A program made the position numbers and the translations under genes. From contig MCFH01000079.1 in the NCBI GenBank assembly GCA_002104945.1, forward strand, positions 1-64,000: DNA of 64,000 nucleotides, given 5' to 3'. This DNA comes from Piromyces finnis finn. Taxonomy: Eukaryota > Fungi > Neocallimastigomycota. The first letter of the stretch is position 1. Each line of letters opens with the position of its first letter. The notes under the pieces were generated by a model, which was given only the letters and a program-made list of their open reading frames with translations, made no database searches and was not told the origin of the DNA. Shown here piece by piece: positions 49,825 through 64,000 of the stretch.

Positions 49825-50727
49825 TTAAATCTTTTTTGGTGGAGTAATATTGTTATTACTGGTGACACAAACACCGTTAACACAACCTCCTCCAGTAGCA
49901 TTAGTGGTTTTTGGGGTTGGTGTAACTTTAGTTGAAGTTGCTTTTGGAGCAGCTGATGGAACAGCAGTGGTTACTGACTTTGGAGCAGCTGATGGAACTG
50001 GAACTTGAGTTGACTTTGGTTGAGATTTAGCTACTGAAGAGGTAGATACTTTGTTGTTATTGGCAACTGGTTGAGGATTTTCATTTGGAACAGTAGTTAC
50101 TTCATCCTTACATTCACCGTTGGTACAATTTGTAGTAGTAGTAATAGTATTTTTACCATCGTTCTTAGAAACCCATTTCCAACTCCATGTACCACCTTCA
50201 GTTGGTTCAGTTGGTGGTTGGTAATTTGGATTTGGAGTAGTAGTAACTTCATCAGTACATTGACCATTAGAACAAGTAGTAGTTGTTGTAATAATTTCCT
50301 TACCATCTGGACTAATACTTGATTTCCAACTCCATGTACCACCTTGAGTAGGTTCAGTTGATTGAGCTGGGGCTGGGGCTGGGGCTGGAGCTACTGGAGC
50401 TGGATTACTTGGTACTTCTGGTAAAGACTTTGCTGGTAATGTGGCTGGAGTATCAGTAGATAATGTTGGAACTTCTTTTGTTGTTGGAGCTTCTGGAGCA
50501 GCTGTAGTTTCAGAAGGAGTTGTATCAATTACTGGTGGATTTGGGGCATCTGGAATAGTTTTAGTAGTAGGTCCCTCAGTTTGGAGGTTAACTTCAACAC
50601 CAGCATCACCAATACTTTCTGAACTATTAATGGCTTCAACAGCTGCAACTGGTGGAACAGGTAAACCAGTAACAAAAGATTTTAATGATATAGCAACAAC
50701 AGCAGCTAAGACAAATGAGTAACGCAT
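49825..50727 (-). CDS. Secreted Thr/Pro-rich protein P6 (300 aa) with two Trp/Cys modules
   Basis: Signal peptide MRYSFVLAAVVAISLKSFVTG|LPVP. PTTKTIP and LPAKSLPE motifs, two GGTWSWK...DGK...C(S/T)NGxC.DEVTT modules, and a terminal CVNGVC. Confidence 0.9.
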   Translation of the reverse strand: MRYSFVLAAVVAISLKSFVTGLPVPPVAAVEAINSSESIGDAGVEVNLQTEGPTTKTIPDAPNPPVIDTTPSETTAAPEAPTTKEVPTLSTDTPATLPAKSLPEVPSNPAPVAPAPAPAPAQSTEPTQGGTWSWKSSISPDGKEIITTTTTCSNGQCTDEVTTTPNPNYQPPTEPTEGGTWSWKWVSKNDGKNTITTTTNCTNGECKDEVTTVPNENPQPVANNNKVSTSSVAKSQPKSTQVPVPSAAPKSVTTAVPSAAPKATSTKVTPTPKTTNATGGGCVNGVCVTSNNNITPPKKI

Positions 50728-51270
50728 TTTGAATTTTTTTCTAAATAGTTTGATTATAATTTGTTTTTTATATATTTGATTGTAATTATATATAATAGTT
50801 TAAGAAGACTTTATTTTATTTTGATAATATAATTAATTATATACAATTTAAGTTATTTTCTTTTATAATCTTATTAATAAATATTATACAAAAACTATAA
50901 ACAAAATAAATAATTAAATAAAAATTTAAATACTCTTTTTGTCTTTATATACCTTTTTTTATTTATATAAATAAAAAAAACGGCATATTCTTTATAATTT
51001 AAATTATATATTATGTATGAATCAATAATTAAAAAATATATATTAAATATATATTTTAATATATAAATTTATATTAAATATATTATAGAAAAATTATTAC
51101 TAATTATTAAACGCCATATATAATATTTAGTTTTTTATTATGTATTTTTGTACAATAAAAAAATATATAAAAAAAATTCAATAATAAACTTTAATTATTA
51201 ATAAAGTTTTTTGTTAAGCTGTAAAGAAGGAAGACTTATATATTAATAAATAACAATACAACCAATTTTA

Positions 51271-51446
51271 ATAATCAAATAATTATGTATTATTCAAAAT
51301 TAGAGCAAAATTTTAAACATTAATAATTAATAATATACTATCTTCTATTATAAATAACATAATCAAATAATTATGTATTATTCAAAATTAGAGCAAAATT
51401 TTAAACATTAATAATTAATAATATACTATCTTCTATTATAAATAAC
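51271..51446. repeat. Exact 88-bp tandem duplication in intergenic DNA
   Basis: AATCAAATAATTATGTATTATTCAAAATTAGAGC... starts at 51273 and again at 51361. Confidence 0.9.
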
Positions 51447-51645
51447 AACTATTCTAATAATGATAAAATAACTTATAATAAAATTAATATTATGAATTAG
51501 AAAGAAGTTTAAAGATTTTTAAAACAAATAATATTGTAAAATATGTAATATTACTTTATTAAATAAAAAATATATATATTATTAATAGCAAATAATTGAT
51601 ATAAAGAAAATTTATAAATATTTTCTTTTTATTTTTTAAATAATA

Positions 51646-51750
<105 letters not shown>

Positions 51751-52135
51751 ATTTGAAAATTTAAGACTATATATCTTCTTTAAGTTGACAGTTTATTTGA
51801 TATTATTGTGGCTGATTTATTATTTTGAATTATATCAAGCCTCATAAATGTTTTGATTTTAATAAATTATATAGTATTATAATTTTTTTTTTTTTTGATA
51901 TTATACATTTCAATCTTAATTTAATAACCATCCTTCAATTTTATTAATCAAATAAACAAATACTTTTTTTTAATGACATCGTCGTTGTAAAAAAAAAGAA
52001 TAAAAGGAAACTAAATATTAAAATTATATAAATAATGAAATCCATAACGTTAAATTTATTACGCACCAACAATTTTAAATTTATTTATAAATATAATAAT
52101 TATAATTTTTTTATTTATAAATATTGAATCCCAAT

Positions 52136-55035
52136 ATGAATCGAAATAATTTTTATAATAAACCAATAAATGATATTAATTGGTTTATCGTTTTGAAAAA
52201 TTTTCCTATAGGAACAACAGAAAAGGAATTGTATAAAGCTATTCAAAATCCGTATCCACCTAAAACAGTGATAATAGATGTTCGTGATAATTATCGTGCA
52301 ATGGCATATTATAATAATATGAAAGACGTTAGTTTTAATATCATAAATTCTTGTTTAATTTTATACTATTATTTAAAAAGATATTTTATTTATTAATTTT
52401 TTATTTTTCATTTTAACATGATAATTAGGCGGTGGAAACCATAAGATCTAATATGTTTAAGAAAATAAAGGATAAAGAATTGATTCTACATTTTAATCTG
52501 TAATATTTTAATATTATTATTAAATTCAATTTCTTTATTTTATTTTTTTTAAATTGTAAATATAGATTGTTAAAACTATAATAATTATATATATATTATT
52601 TTATTATACATAATTCTAAATTTTAATTAAAATTAGAACTTATTTAAAGAAACGAGCTTATAGATTTTCAATTTTTAAAGTGAATTCTAAAGATTTTGTA
52701 AATCTTACGGTAATAATGATAGATATTAAATTAATTATATATACATTAATTAAAGATAATAAACAATTCTAATTTTAATATAAAAATACATATTCTTTTT
52801 ATATACATATATAGTATAAATCATTATATTATAATTTTATACAGTATGGTGATATTCTTAGAATTGAAAAAAATTATGAACGAAATCGAATAGACATTTA
52901 TTATCCTTCACAGAGTGAAGCTAAACTTGCCGAAAAGGTATATTATATTTACATAATAAATATTTATAAAAAATAATCATATTATTGAAAATATAATAAT
53001 AAATATATATAATTTTTTTGTTTTTTTATAAAATAATTGATTGTAATTCTAATTATTACAGAATGCCATAGAAGTATGTTATACGTTTTTATAAATGTAA
53101 TAAATATTAAAAATAATATATTATTATATTAAAGTTTTTGGTAATTTTTATCAATATATCAATACTCAGTGTTCATTAGAAATTTTCCCAAACACCTCAA
53201 GAATTATGACTGATGTAATATCGCCATTTAACGAAAACTCACAAAAACTAACTAATTTAGCATATGCCATTACTATACCAGTGCCAAGTAATATAGATGA
53301 TGAAAATCAATCGAATTTGTCACCATATGTGAAAAAACAGTCAAAACTACAAATGCAAAAGCCATCTCAAAACAATCATATTCAAAACTATGAGGATCAT
53401 CAGTTTAAAGATAATTTTAAACCTATGTCATTAGATGCACCTTTACCTAATGATTACAGTTATCCTATGCATTTTCCCACATATCCATATAATGTGAATA
53501 TGAATAGATCTATGTCTGGACCATATTCACTGGATGTGAATTTAAATAATGGTTTGTTATATGACAGATTTTCACCTCCATTTCAGGAACCATTTCATGT
53601 TAATCATTTTAGGATAAATGATTATAATATGGATAATAAAAATTTTAATAAAAATCACATGAAAAATAATTTTGCTACTATTAAAACTGAAAACGTTACT
53701 AAATTTGATTCAAATAATACAAAATATGATAAGAATAATGACAAAAATAGTACTTATACCCATAATACTAATAATACCAGTAGTAAAAATAATTCATCTA
53801 CTGTTTCCAATAATAAAAATAAGGATAAGTCAAAAAATAATAGTAGTAGTAGTAGTAGTAGCAAAAATAAAAATGACAATAATACAACCATTAATAATGT
53901 AAAAGTAAAAGCAAGAGTGCATGACACAAATAGAAATAAAGAAAAAAAAAGCGAAAAGAGTGACAAAAAAAATAAAAATAAAAGTCAAAAAAAGCAGGAA
54001 GAAAAAAAGAATGATAATCATCATAAAAAAAATGAAAAGAATAAAAGCAATGAAAATATTAAGAATAAGAACGTCAAGGATAATAAACATAATCATAGTA
54101 AAGAAAATAATATCAATGATAAAATAAATAGTAATAAAGATAGGAATTCAAATAAAAATGATCATAATCATAGTAAAAAAGAAATTGTTGTTATAAAAGA
54201 AAAGGAAATTAATACAAAAATAAATAAAGTCAATGATGATAAAAAGAAAATAGTTGATGAATATAAAAATAATAATGTACAAGTTAATAAAAATATTGAT
54301 ATTATAGATATTGATAAACAACATAAAAGATCCTTTGAAGATAATCATGATTCTAGAAATAAGAATCATTTAGCAAAAAAGCAAAAAAAAAGCGAAAATA
54401 AAGATATTTCTGATAAGATATCAAGTATTCAAAAAGAAAAAACATCTAAATATAAAAATAATGAAACATTGAATTCCAAAAGTCCAGATTTTAATATTAC
54501 AAAAGTCGATACAATATTATTAGATTCAGGAGTTGTGAAGATGACGAATAATATAAGCAATACAAAATTTAACCAAAATCAATCAAAGTTAGAAAGTAAT
54601 AATAGTAATAATGTGATAAGTGGTAACAATATATCAATTAAAAATAACAATGAAATTTCATTGGTGGAAACAAGTGAGTTGAATCTCTAATAATTACTAT
54701 TAAGTAAATTCACATATAATAATATAGTATATTAACTTATAACATTTTTGATAATATATAAATATATATTTTTTATATTCACACGAAATAGCACCCAATA
54801 AATACAACAGTAATAATGATCAGATTAAAGTACATTTCATAAATATTTTTTTGAAAAAAGAAAAAGATTAATAACAAATAATAATAGTAATAATAATAAT
54901 AATAATAATTTTATATTTTTGATAATAAATTTAATAGATAAAGTATAATACAAAAATAAGGAAAAATTCAAGAAATGGTATATTTCTATAATTTATTTAA
55001 TTAATCACTATTTATATATTCAAACATTATTAATA

Positions 55036-55070
<35 letters not shown>

Positions 55071-56320
55071 TTTACTCATTCTAATTTAAATAGATAACAA
55101 TAAAATTGTATCTACAAGTTATAATTTTGTTAAATTTGAAAATGTCACAATATCAAAATATAGTTATCAATATCATTTTTTATACAAATTTAAATGTAAT
55201 AAGCGTTGTGAGTCTATAACTTGGGGTGGAGTGAAGGAATGTGAAGAATATAAACAATATAAATTATATGTAGACAACAGCGATTATTCATTGTCTGTAT
55301 TAACTACTGATTTATATTCTGCTAATAATCCAGCTATTATTCGTCAAATGGCTTTTGATGAAATTGTTGATTATAAGGTAATACATTATTTACATAATTA
55401 TTTACATATAATGATTTATAAAAAGTTTTTAATATAAATATTCTATTAATATATTATATAAATATTACGGTTTAAAGAATATAAATTACATAGGTGATGT
55501 ACAATATAACAGATCCATAAATCATAATTTAATGTAAGTATAATTTTTTTAAATAAATTTTTATTCAATAGGTTATATTAATTAGTATTTCATTATTATT
55601 AAAAAAAATAATAAATATTAGCTATTCAAAACATTCCAATATTTTACTTAGCAATATCAACAATCAACAATACTATATATGGGATTTTAATAATAATCAA
55701 TTACCTATTTATAATAATAATGAAAATAATTCTATTAATAATCTAAAAGAGCCTTCTTTAAAGTAAATATTAATATTTCATTATAGTAAAATAAGTAAAA
55801 CTGTATTTCAACTTAAAAAAAATGCTAACCTTTTTTATTTTAATATAAAGATTACATTATAATAATAACTTACGTGATTCTATTACTATATCAGAATCAT
55901 CTGTATTTGGTTTAGATTTTGAAGGGAATCTAGCAAGATGGGATTTAAACTCATTATCATCTTTAAATGACGGTACAGAACATACCTATAAACTTAAAAA
56001 AAAAAAAATTATATTAGAAATAATACTGATATAAAAATTTTTTATTAAAATTTTTGTTAGGGAATAAAATGAATATTTGTTCAGTTAATCCTCAATCGAT
56101 TATTAAACTTAATAATGATGAAAAGATAAAAAGGATAAAAACATATTCTAATAATAATAAAGATCAAGCAAAATTAATTGGACTTACAACCAATAATAAT
56201 ATAATATTTTATGATTTAAAAAATGACAATTTTAAACCAGTGAATAATGTAATTACTTAAATTAACTATATTTCAAAAATAGAACTTTGAACTTTATCAC
56301 TTATTTAAAATTTTATAATA

Positions 56321-56387
<67 letters not shown>

Positions 56388-57219
56388 TAATAATAATAAT
56401 AATAATAATAATAATTTAATAAAAACAATATATTTTTATTTTAATAGATATTAAATGGCCATAGTTCGGAAATTACCACTATAGATATAAATTCAATTAA
56501 TTCTTATTATGTTCTTACAGGCGGTGATGATAATTATATTAAACTTTGGGATTTAAGAAATACAGTATGTTCATATATTTGTAATAAATGTAATTATTAT
56601 ATATTTTTTATTAATTAATAATAATTATGATTATTTTTTTTAAAAATAGACTACCGAATTACATTCTAGTTGTTATTATTCTAATGGTATAAGTAAACTA
56701 AGGTGGTGTCCGCATCTCGGTAATGTTTTTTGTTGTAGTTCGAAAAATGGTATTCTTTCTATTTGGTCTCTGAATTCATTAATTGAAAATAAACCACTAA
56801 TGATAAATGCAGAGCAGTATGTATATTTATTTATATAATAAATCATTATGCTAGAATATTAATTTTTTAATTTATTGTTATTATTATTATTATTATCAAT
56901 TCTTTTATGATTATTTATAGTCAAATTAATTCACCAGTCAAGGTTGACTTTGAATGGAATCCTTATTATGATCAAGAAGGAACTATCGCTAGTATTGATA
57001 AATCAAGTATAAGTTCCAAAAATTCATGCGTTCAAGGTAATTATTTATTTTTTATTTCATTATTTATTAGTAGTATTGCTATTATAATATTAACAATTGT
57101 ATCAATTTTTTTTAACTTTTTTTTTTTTTCTTATTATTCCAATTTTCATTTTATTTATAATAATGTTAGTCTGGAGACCTTTAATATATACCTATTTATG
57201 TAATGGTCTACTCAAATAA
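52136..57219 (+). CDS. Multi-exon gene, probably two RRM-like segments, a long Asn/Lys-rich exon and an MSI1/RBBP4-like WD40 domain
   Basis: 5' exons FIVLKNFPIGTTEKELYKAI... and YGDILRIEKNYERNRIDIYYPSQSEAKLAE. ORF 53206-54690 has a donor AA|GTGAGT just before its stop. Downstream exons LTGGDDNYIKLWDLRN, ISKLRWCPHLGNVFCCSSKNGILSIWSL, VDFEWNPYYDQEGTIAS and final Q|VWRPLIYTYLCNGLLK* (57170-57219). Internal exon joins are only partly resolved and this could be two genes. Confidence 0.65.
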
Positions 57220-58009
57220 TTTTTTTTCTAATATATTTATTTTAATTATTTTTATTATAATTATTTTTGTACAAATTAATAAAACTTTAGAAGCATTAAT
57301 AATAGTTATTGTAATTATTTAAGAATTAAAAATCTTTTATTTTATTTTATTATTTTTTAATTACTTTTATTTCATTTTAATCTTTATTTAGAAATAATTT
57401 ATATAAACAATAATAGTAATAATAATAAAAGTATTAATTATATAAATATTTGTGTTTAATTTTTTATAAAAATATTTTTATTCGTTTTAATAATAGATTA
57501 ATGTTTTTAAGGTATAGACGTTTTTACATCCAACTTCTTTTTTTGTCTTTATATTATATTATTTGTTATTTTGTATTTTGTCATTTCAAGAAACTAATTT
57601 TTTGTTGATAAGTTTTATGAAAATTTTAAATTTTTTAAATATTATTTATTAAAATTAAAATTAATATTTTGAATATTACAGATGGATATCTTTTAATTAA
57701 TACAAATAAAGGTTTAATATTAAAAAAAAATAGTAATAATAAATATAAAAATTAAACAGAATGTAATGAATAGTATGTTTTTTTGGATTATTTTATTTAA
57801 TAACTTTAAAATTATACCTTAATTTAATAGTTCAACACATAAAATAATTGATAAAAACATCAAACAATTGTCTTGTAATATATTTATATTTTAATTATAT
57901 TTTCATTATATATTAAATTATTGTTAAAGGATTATAGAGTTAAAATATAATTTTATTGTAAAAAATTTAACCTTTTTAAAATTCATTTTTCTTCTTCTTC
58001 TTCTTCTTC

Positions 58010-58053
<44 letters not shown>

Positions 58054-58399
58054 TACTAATGCTTAAACTCAATTAAATTTCTATATAAATATTTTAATTC
58101 AAAATTCAATTTTATTATTATTATTATTTTATGAGAAAGTAATATTGAATATGTAAAATTTTTAATTGCCATTTTGTTACTTTCTTTCAGATGTATAAAA
58201 AATTTACAGTAAATTTCTTTAAATCTTAATTTTTATCCAAAAGGTTAATTTTTTGACATTTTTTTTCAAAATATTTAATTGGTTTTTAATTTTAAAATTT
58301 TTATAGATCAATATAATTTTATTCAAAAAAGAAATAATAATAATAATTATATAAAAAAAAATTTTCTACTGTTAAAAGATACAAAAGTTTAATTATAAA

Positions 58400-59896
58400 A
58401 TGACTGGTGAAAAAAGAAAAGCTGAAGAAATTATTGAAAAAGAAGATATTAAAAACAAGAAAAAAGCAGAAGCTTCTGATTCAGAATCTGAAAATGAAGA
58501 TGAAGAAATAAACGTAAATATATATTAATTATAATAATAGTTAAAAAAAAAAAAAGGAGTAATTATATACATATTGCAAACTGCAATATAATTATAATAA
58601 TTATAATTATTTCAAAAGTATATTATATCTATTTTATTATATATATATTAACTTATTTGATGTAAAAATATAATATAATGAATAATGTAGGAAATTATTG
58701 ATGTTGATTTCGAATTCTTTGATCCTCAGCCACAAGATTTCTATGGCTATAAAATTTTATTAAAACAAATTTTCGGTAATGACCATGAATATATTAATTT
58801 ATCAGATTTAGCTGATTTAGTATTATCCCAACCTTTACTTGGAAGTTCTGTAAAGGTTCAAAGTGAAGATCCAAAAAAAGAAGATCCATATGCTATGCTT
58901 TCAGTTTTAAACATGCAAGAACACAAAGTAATAGTTTAATTTAAATTTCACATAATATAATTAGAAAATAAAATATCAAATTCACATAAAAATTTAACAA
59001 TCTTCTATTTTCAATGAATTTTCTTTTTTAATAATCATTATTATTTTCAAAGGATAAAGAATCAATTAAACAAATTAAAAAATATTTAAATAGCCGTTTA
59101 ACAAAAAAACAAATTTCATTAAAGAAATTAAATGCTTATTTAGATGATGAATCTAAACCTGTCGGTATTTTATTAAATGAAAGATTAATTAATATGCCAC
59201 CACAAGTTGTTCCACCAATGTTTAGAATGTTATTAGAAGAAATTCAATGGGCTATTGAAGATGTATGATTATTTATAAATTTATTTAATTCTAAATTATG
59301 GAAATTTGATTAGATATTTAAATAAAATAACTAATAAAATTTTATTTTTACTTTATTATTTAAAACATTTTATATGAAAATAATAATTATATACTTTATA
59401 AATATTTTTTTTCCGAATTTAATAGAAAGAACCATATGAATTTGCTTATTATATGGTTATTTCAAAATTATATCGTATGGTTGAATCAAAAGTTGACAAG
59501 GACGAAAATGCTCCACAAACTTCTGTTAACCAAAATAAAAAGTCTAAAATGGAAAAAATTGATCCAGAAGATTTAAATAAAGTTTTCTACTTCCAACCAG
59601 AAGATGAGATAATTGAAAAGGTTTATATTAATTAATATATGTAAAATTTTCATAGGCGGTAATATATATTAACTATTAATATTTGATTATTTCAATAGTA
59701 TTCTGTTTTAAAGGTTGATTTCCGTATGGCTAAGGCAACTAATACTGATTCAAAGAGAACTTTCTATGATTATGGTATTGATCCATTTAGAAGAGTTTTA
59801 GTTTTCCCAGCTGATAAGCTTCAAACCATCACTGATGAAATTAGTGAACTATTAAAGGAACCAGAAAATAATAAACAAGCTGAAAAAAAATATTAA
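58400..59896 (+). CDS. BCP1: Bcp1/BCCIP family protein (~317 aa); exons 58400-58513, 58691-58927, 59053-59262, 59426-59620, 59699-59896
   Basis: Family motifs IDVDFEFFDPQPQDFYGYKILLKQIF, GSSVKV, GILLNERLINMPPQVVPPMFRMLLEEI and FYFQPEDE. All five exons join in phase 0 at GT-AG sites. Confidence 0.95.
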
Positions 59897-60442
59897 TTCA
59901 AGAAAATAGATATAGACATTAATTATATATTTCTTCCTTAAATATGGTTTCAATACCATAGAAATTACTAAAAGACTAGACGTTTTAATATTTTCAATAA
60001 ATAATACATAGTAGTAAATAAATAATCAAACATAAATATAATTAAGCAACAATTCTCAATTAGATGATTAAATATATATAAATTATAAATTAACTGTATT
60101 CAAATTACAATAATAGAAATAATAATAAAGAAATAAAAAAAAAAAAAAATAAAAGTTATTATAATAGAAATAGGAAAAATAATAAAACAATAACAACAAC
60201 ACAACAATAATAAATATTTAATATAATATAAAGTATAGTATTAAATTATCAAATTAACAAATAAATAAATAAATAAAAAGAAATAAATAAACAAACATAT
60301 ATAATATATATATATATACATACATATTTTAAAGGCTAAATCAAAATGAAAATTTTGATATTAAAGATTTTATTTAATTTGACATTTTTTGAATATAATA
60401 TATTTTTATTTTAATTTTATATTTCAACTTTTTTTTTTTATA

Positions 60443-63027
<2,585 letters not shown>

Positions 63028-63558
63028 CTTTATTAAATAAATATATTTATGAATTTATCCTTTATCACATATATATTTAAATTAATTTAATTCAAATAAA
63101 CCTGTTCAAGTTTTTTGTTTACAATATTAGTATTTAATATTATTTTTGTGTGGATGATTTTAATTTTAATTTAAATTTTTGTGTAATATAATAATATTAA
63201 AAATAATATAATTAAAATATTAATATTTATAATTATGAAATTTTAAAATTTTAAATAAAACAAATAAAGACTTTTTTCATAAAATAACGATACTTTTCTT
63301 TTAGCTAAAAACCTTTTTTTTTTTTTTTTAATTTTTTGCTATTAATATTTATTTATATATTAAAATAATATATATAAGTAAATGCTTTTTAGAAAATAGT
63401 TTATTAGATATTAAATATGTTAATATAATACCAATTACTATTCTTTTTAAAAAATATATAGATAAAAAATATTAAAAGTTTAGCTTAGGATAATTAATTC
63501 AATTGAAGATATATATTATAACACTTAATTACATGCATTTAATTAAAATATAAAGAAA

Positions 63559-64000
63559 ATGTATGGTGTAAGAAATGTCAATGTCTTTAAACTAAAACCT
63601 GATAACAAGATTTCGGAATTATCTGCTTTTAGCTTTGTTCCAAAATGTAATATAAATTCTAATAAAAATATAACAACAAATATCATTGGAAAATTTCAAT
63701 ACTTAAAGGAAATAACACATCCTAATTTATGTCAGTATATTAACATAACGAAAAATAGAAAAGGTATATAAAATAAAGGAATAATTTAAATTAAAGTTAA
63801 TGAATGTAATAATTTTAACATTTTAAAATTTATAATATTTTATATTATAAAAATGTAATATTTTAGATAGACTATTCGTTGTTTCCGAATATTTTGAAAA
63901 TTCTTTAGAGAGTCATTTAAAAGAATGGTAACTTTCATAATAATGTTATTAAAATGTTTTTATTATTTCATTAATTATTAAATTAAATACATTCTAAAAA
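63559..64000 (+). CDS. TBCK: 5' end of TBC domain-containing kinase-like protein (pseudokinase N-lobe), truncated by the window edge
   Basis: Exon 1 (to 63763) SAFSFVPK...IIGKFQYLKEITHPNLCQYINITKNRK and exon 2 (from 63867) DRLFVVSEYFENSLESHL match human TBCK GAFTFFAS...[45 protein letters not shown] as I recall it. Confidence 0.88.

Noticed and set aside
57676-57775. Exon-like segment after the WD40 gene (TACAG|ATGGATATC...)
   Set aside because: No continuous reading frame or recognisable motif; it may be UTR.

Overview
Extremely AT-rich eukaryotic DNA with GT-AG introns. It most likely comes from an anaerobic gut fungus (Neocallimastigomycota), inferred from base composition, an intronless ankyrin gene, a Firmicutes-like pdxK and retained UFL1/TBCK. 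The left part has an ankyrin-repeat gene, non-LTR retrotransposon debris, a Vip1-like RRM gene and a bacterial-type pyridoxal kinase. The middle (17.9-50.7 kb) is a cluster of six intronless genes for secreted low-complexity proteins with related signal peptides ending in a hydrophobic-Pro motif. Five of the six share a recurring K-[T/S/A]-[L/I/V]-P motif, and two carry an unrecognised W-S-W...DGK...C-x-N-G-x-C module. No other recognisable host gene lies among them. The cluster is interrupted by two full-length copies of one LINE: one intact (single 1507-aa putative RRM-APE-RT-zinc-knuckle ORF, 14-bp TSD) and one inactivated (13-bp TSD). It also holds a short truncated copy, older relics and a TSD-flanked 551-bp element that looks like a tRNA-headed SINE carrying pieces of this LINE. 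The right part has intron-rich genes: a putative RRM plus MSI1/RBBP4-like WD40 gene, BCP1, UFL1 and the 5' end of TBCK. All alignments, exon boundaries and counts were done by eye.
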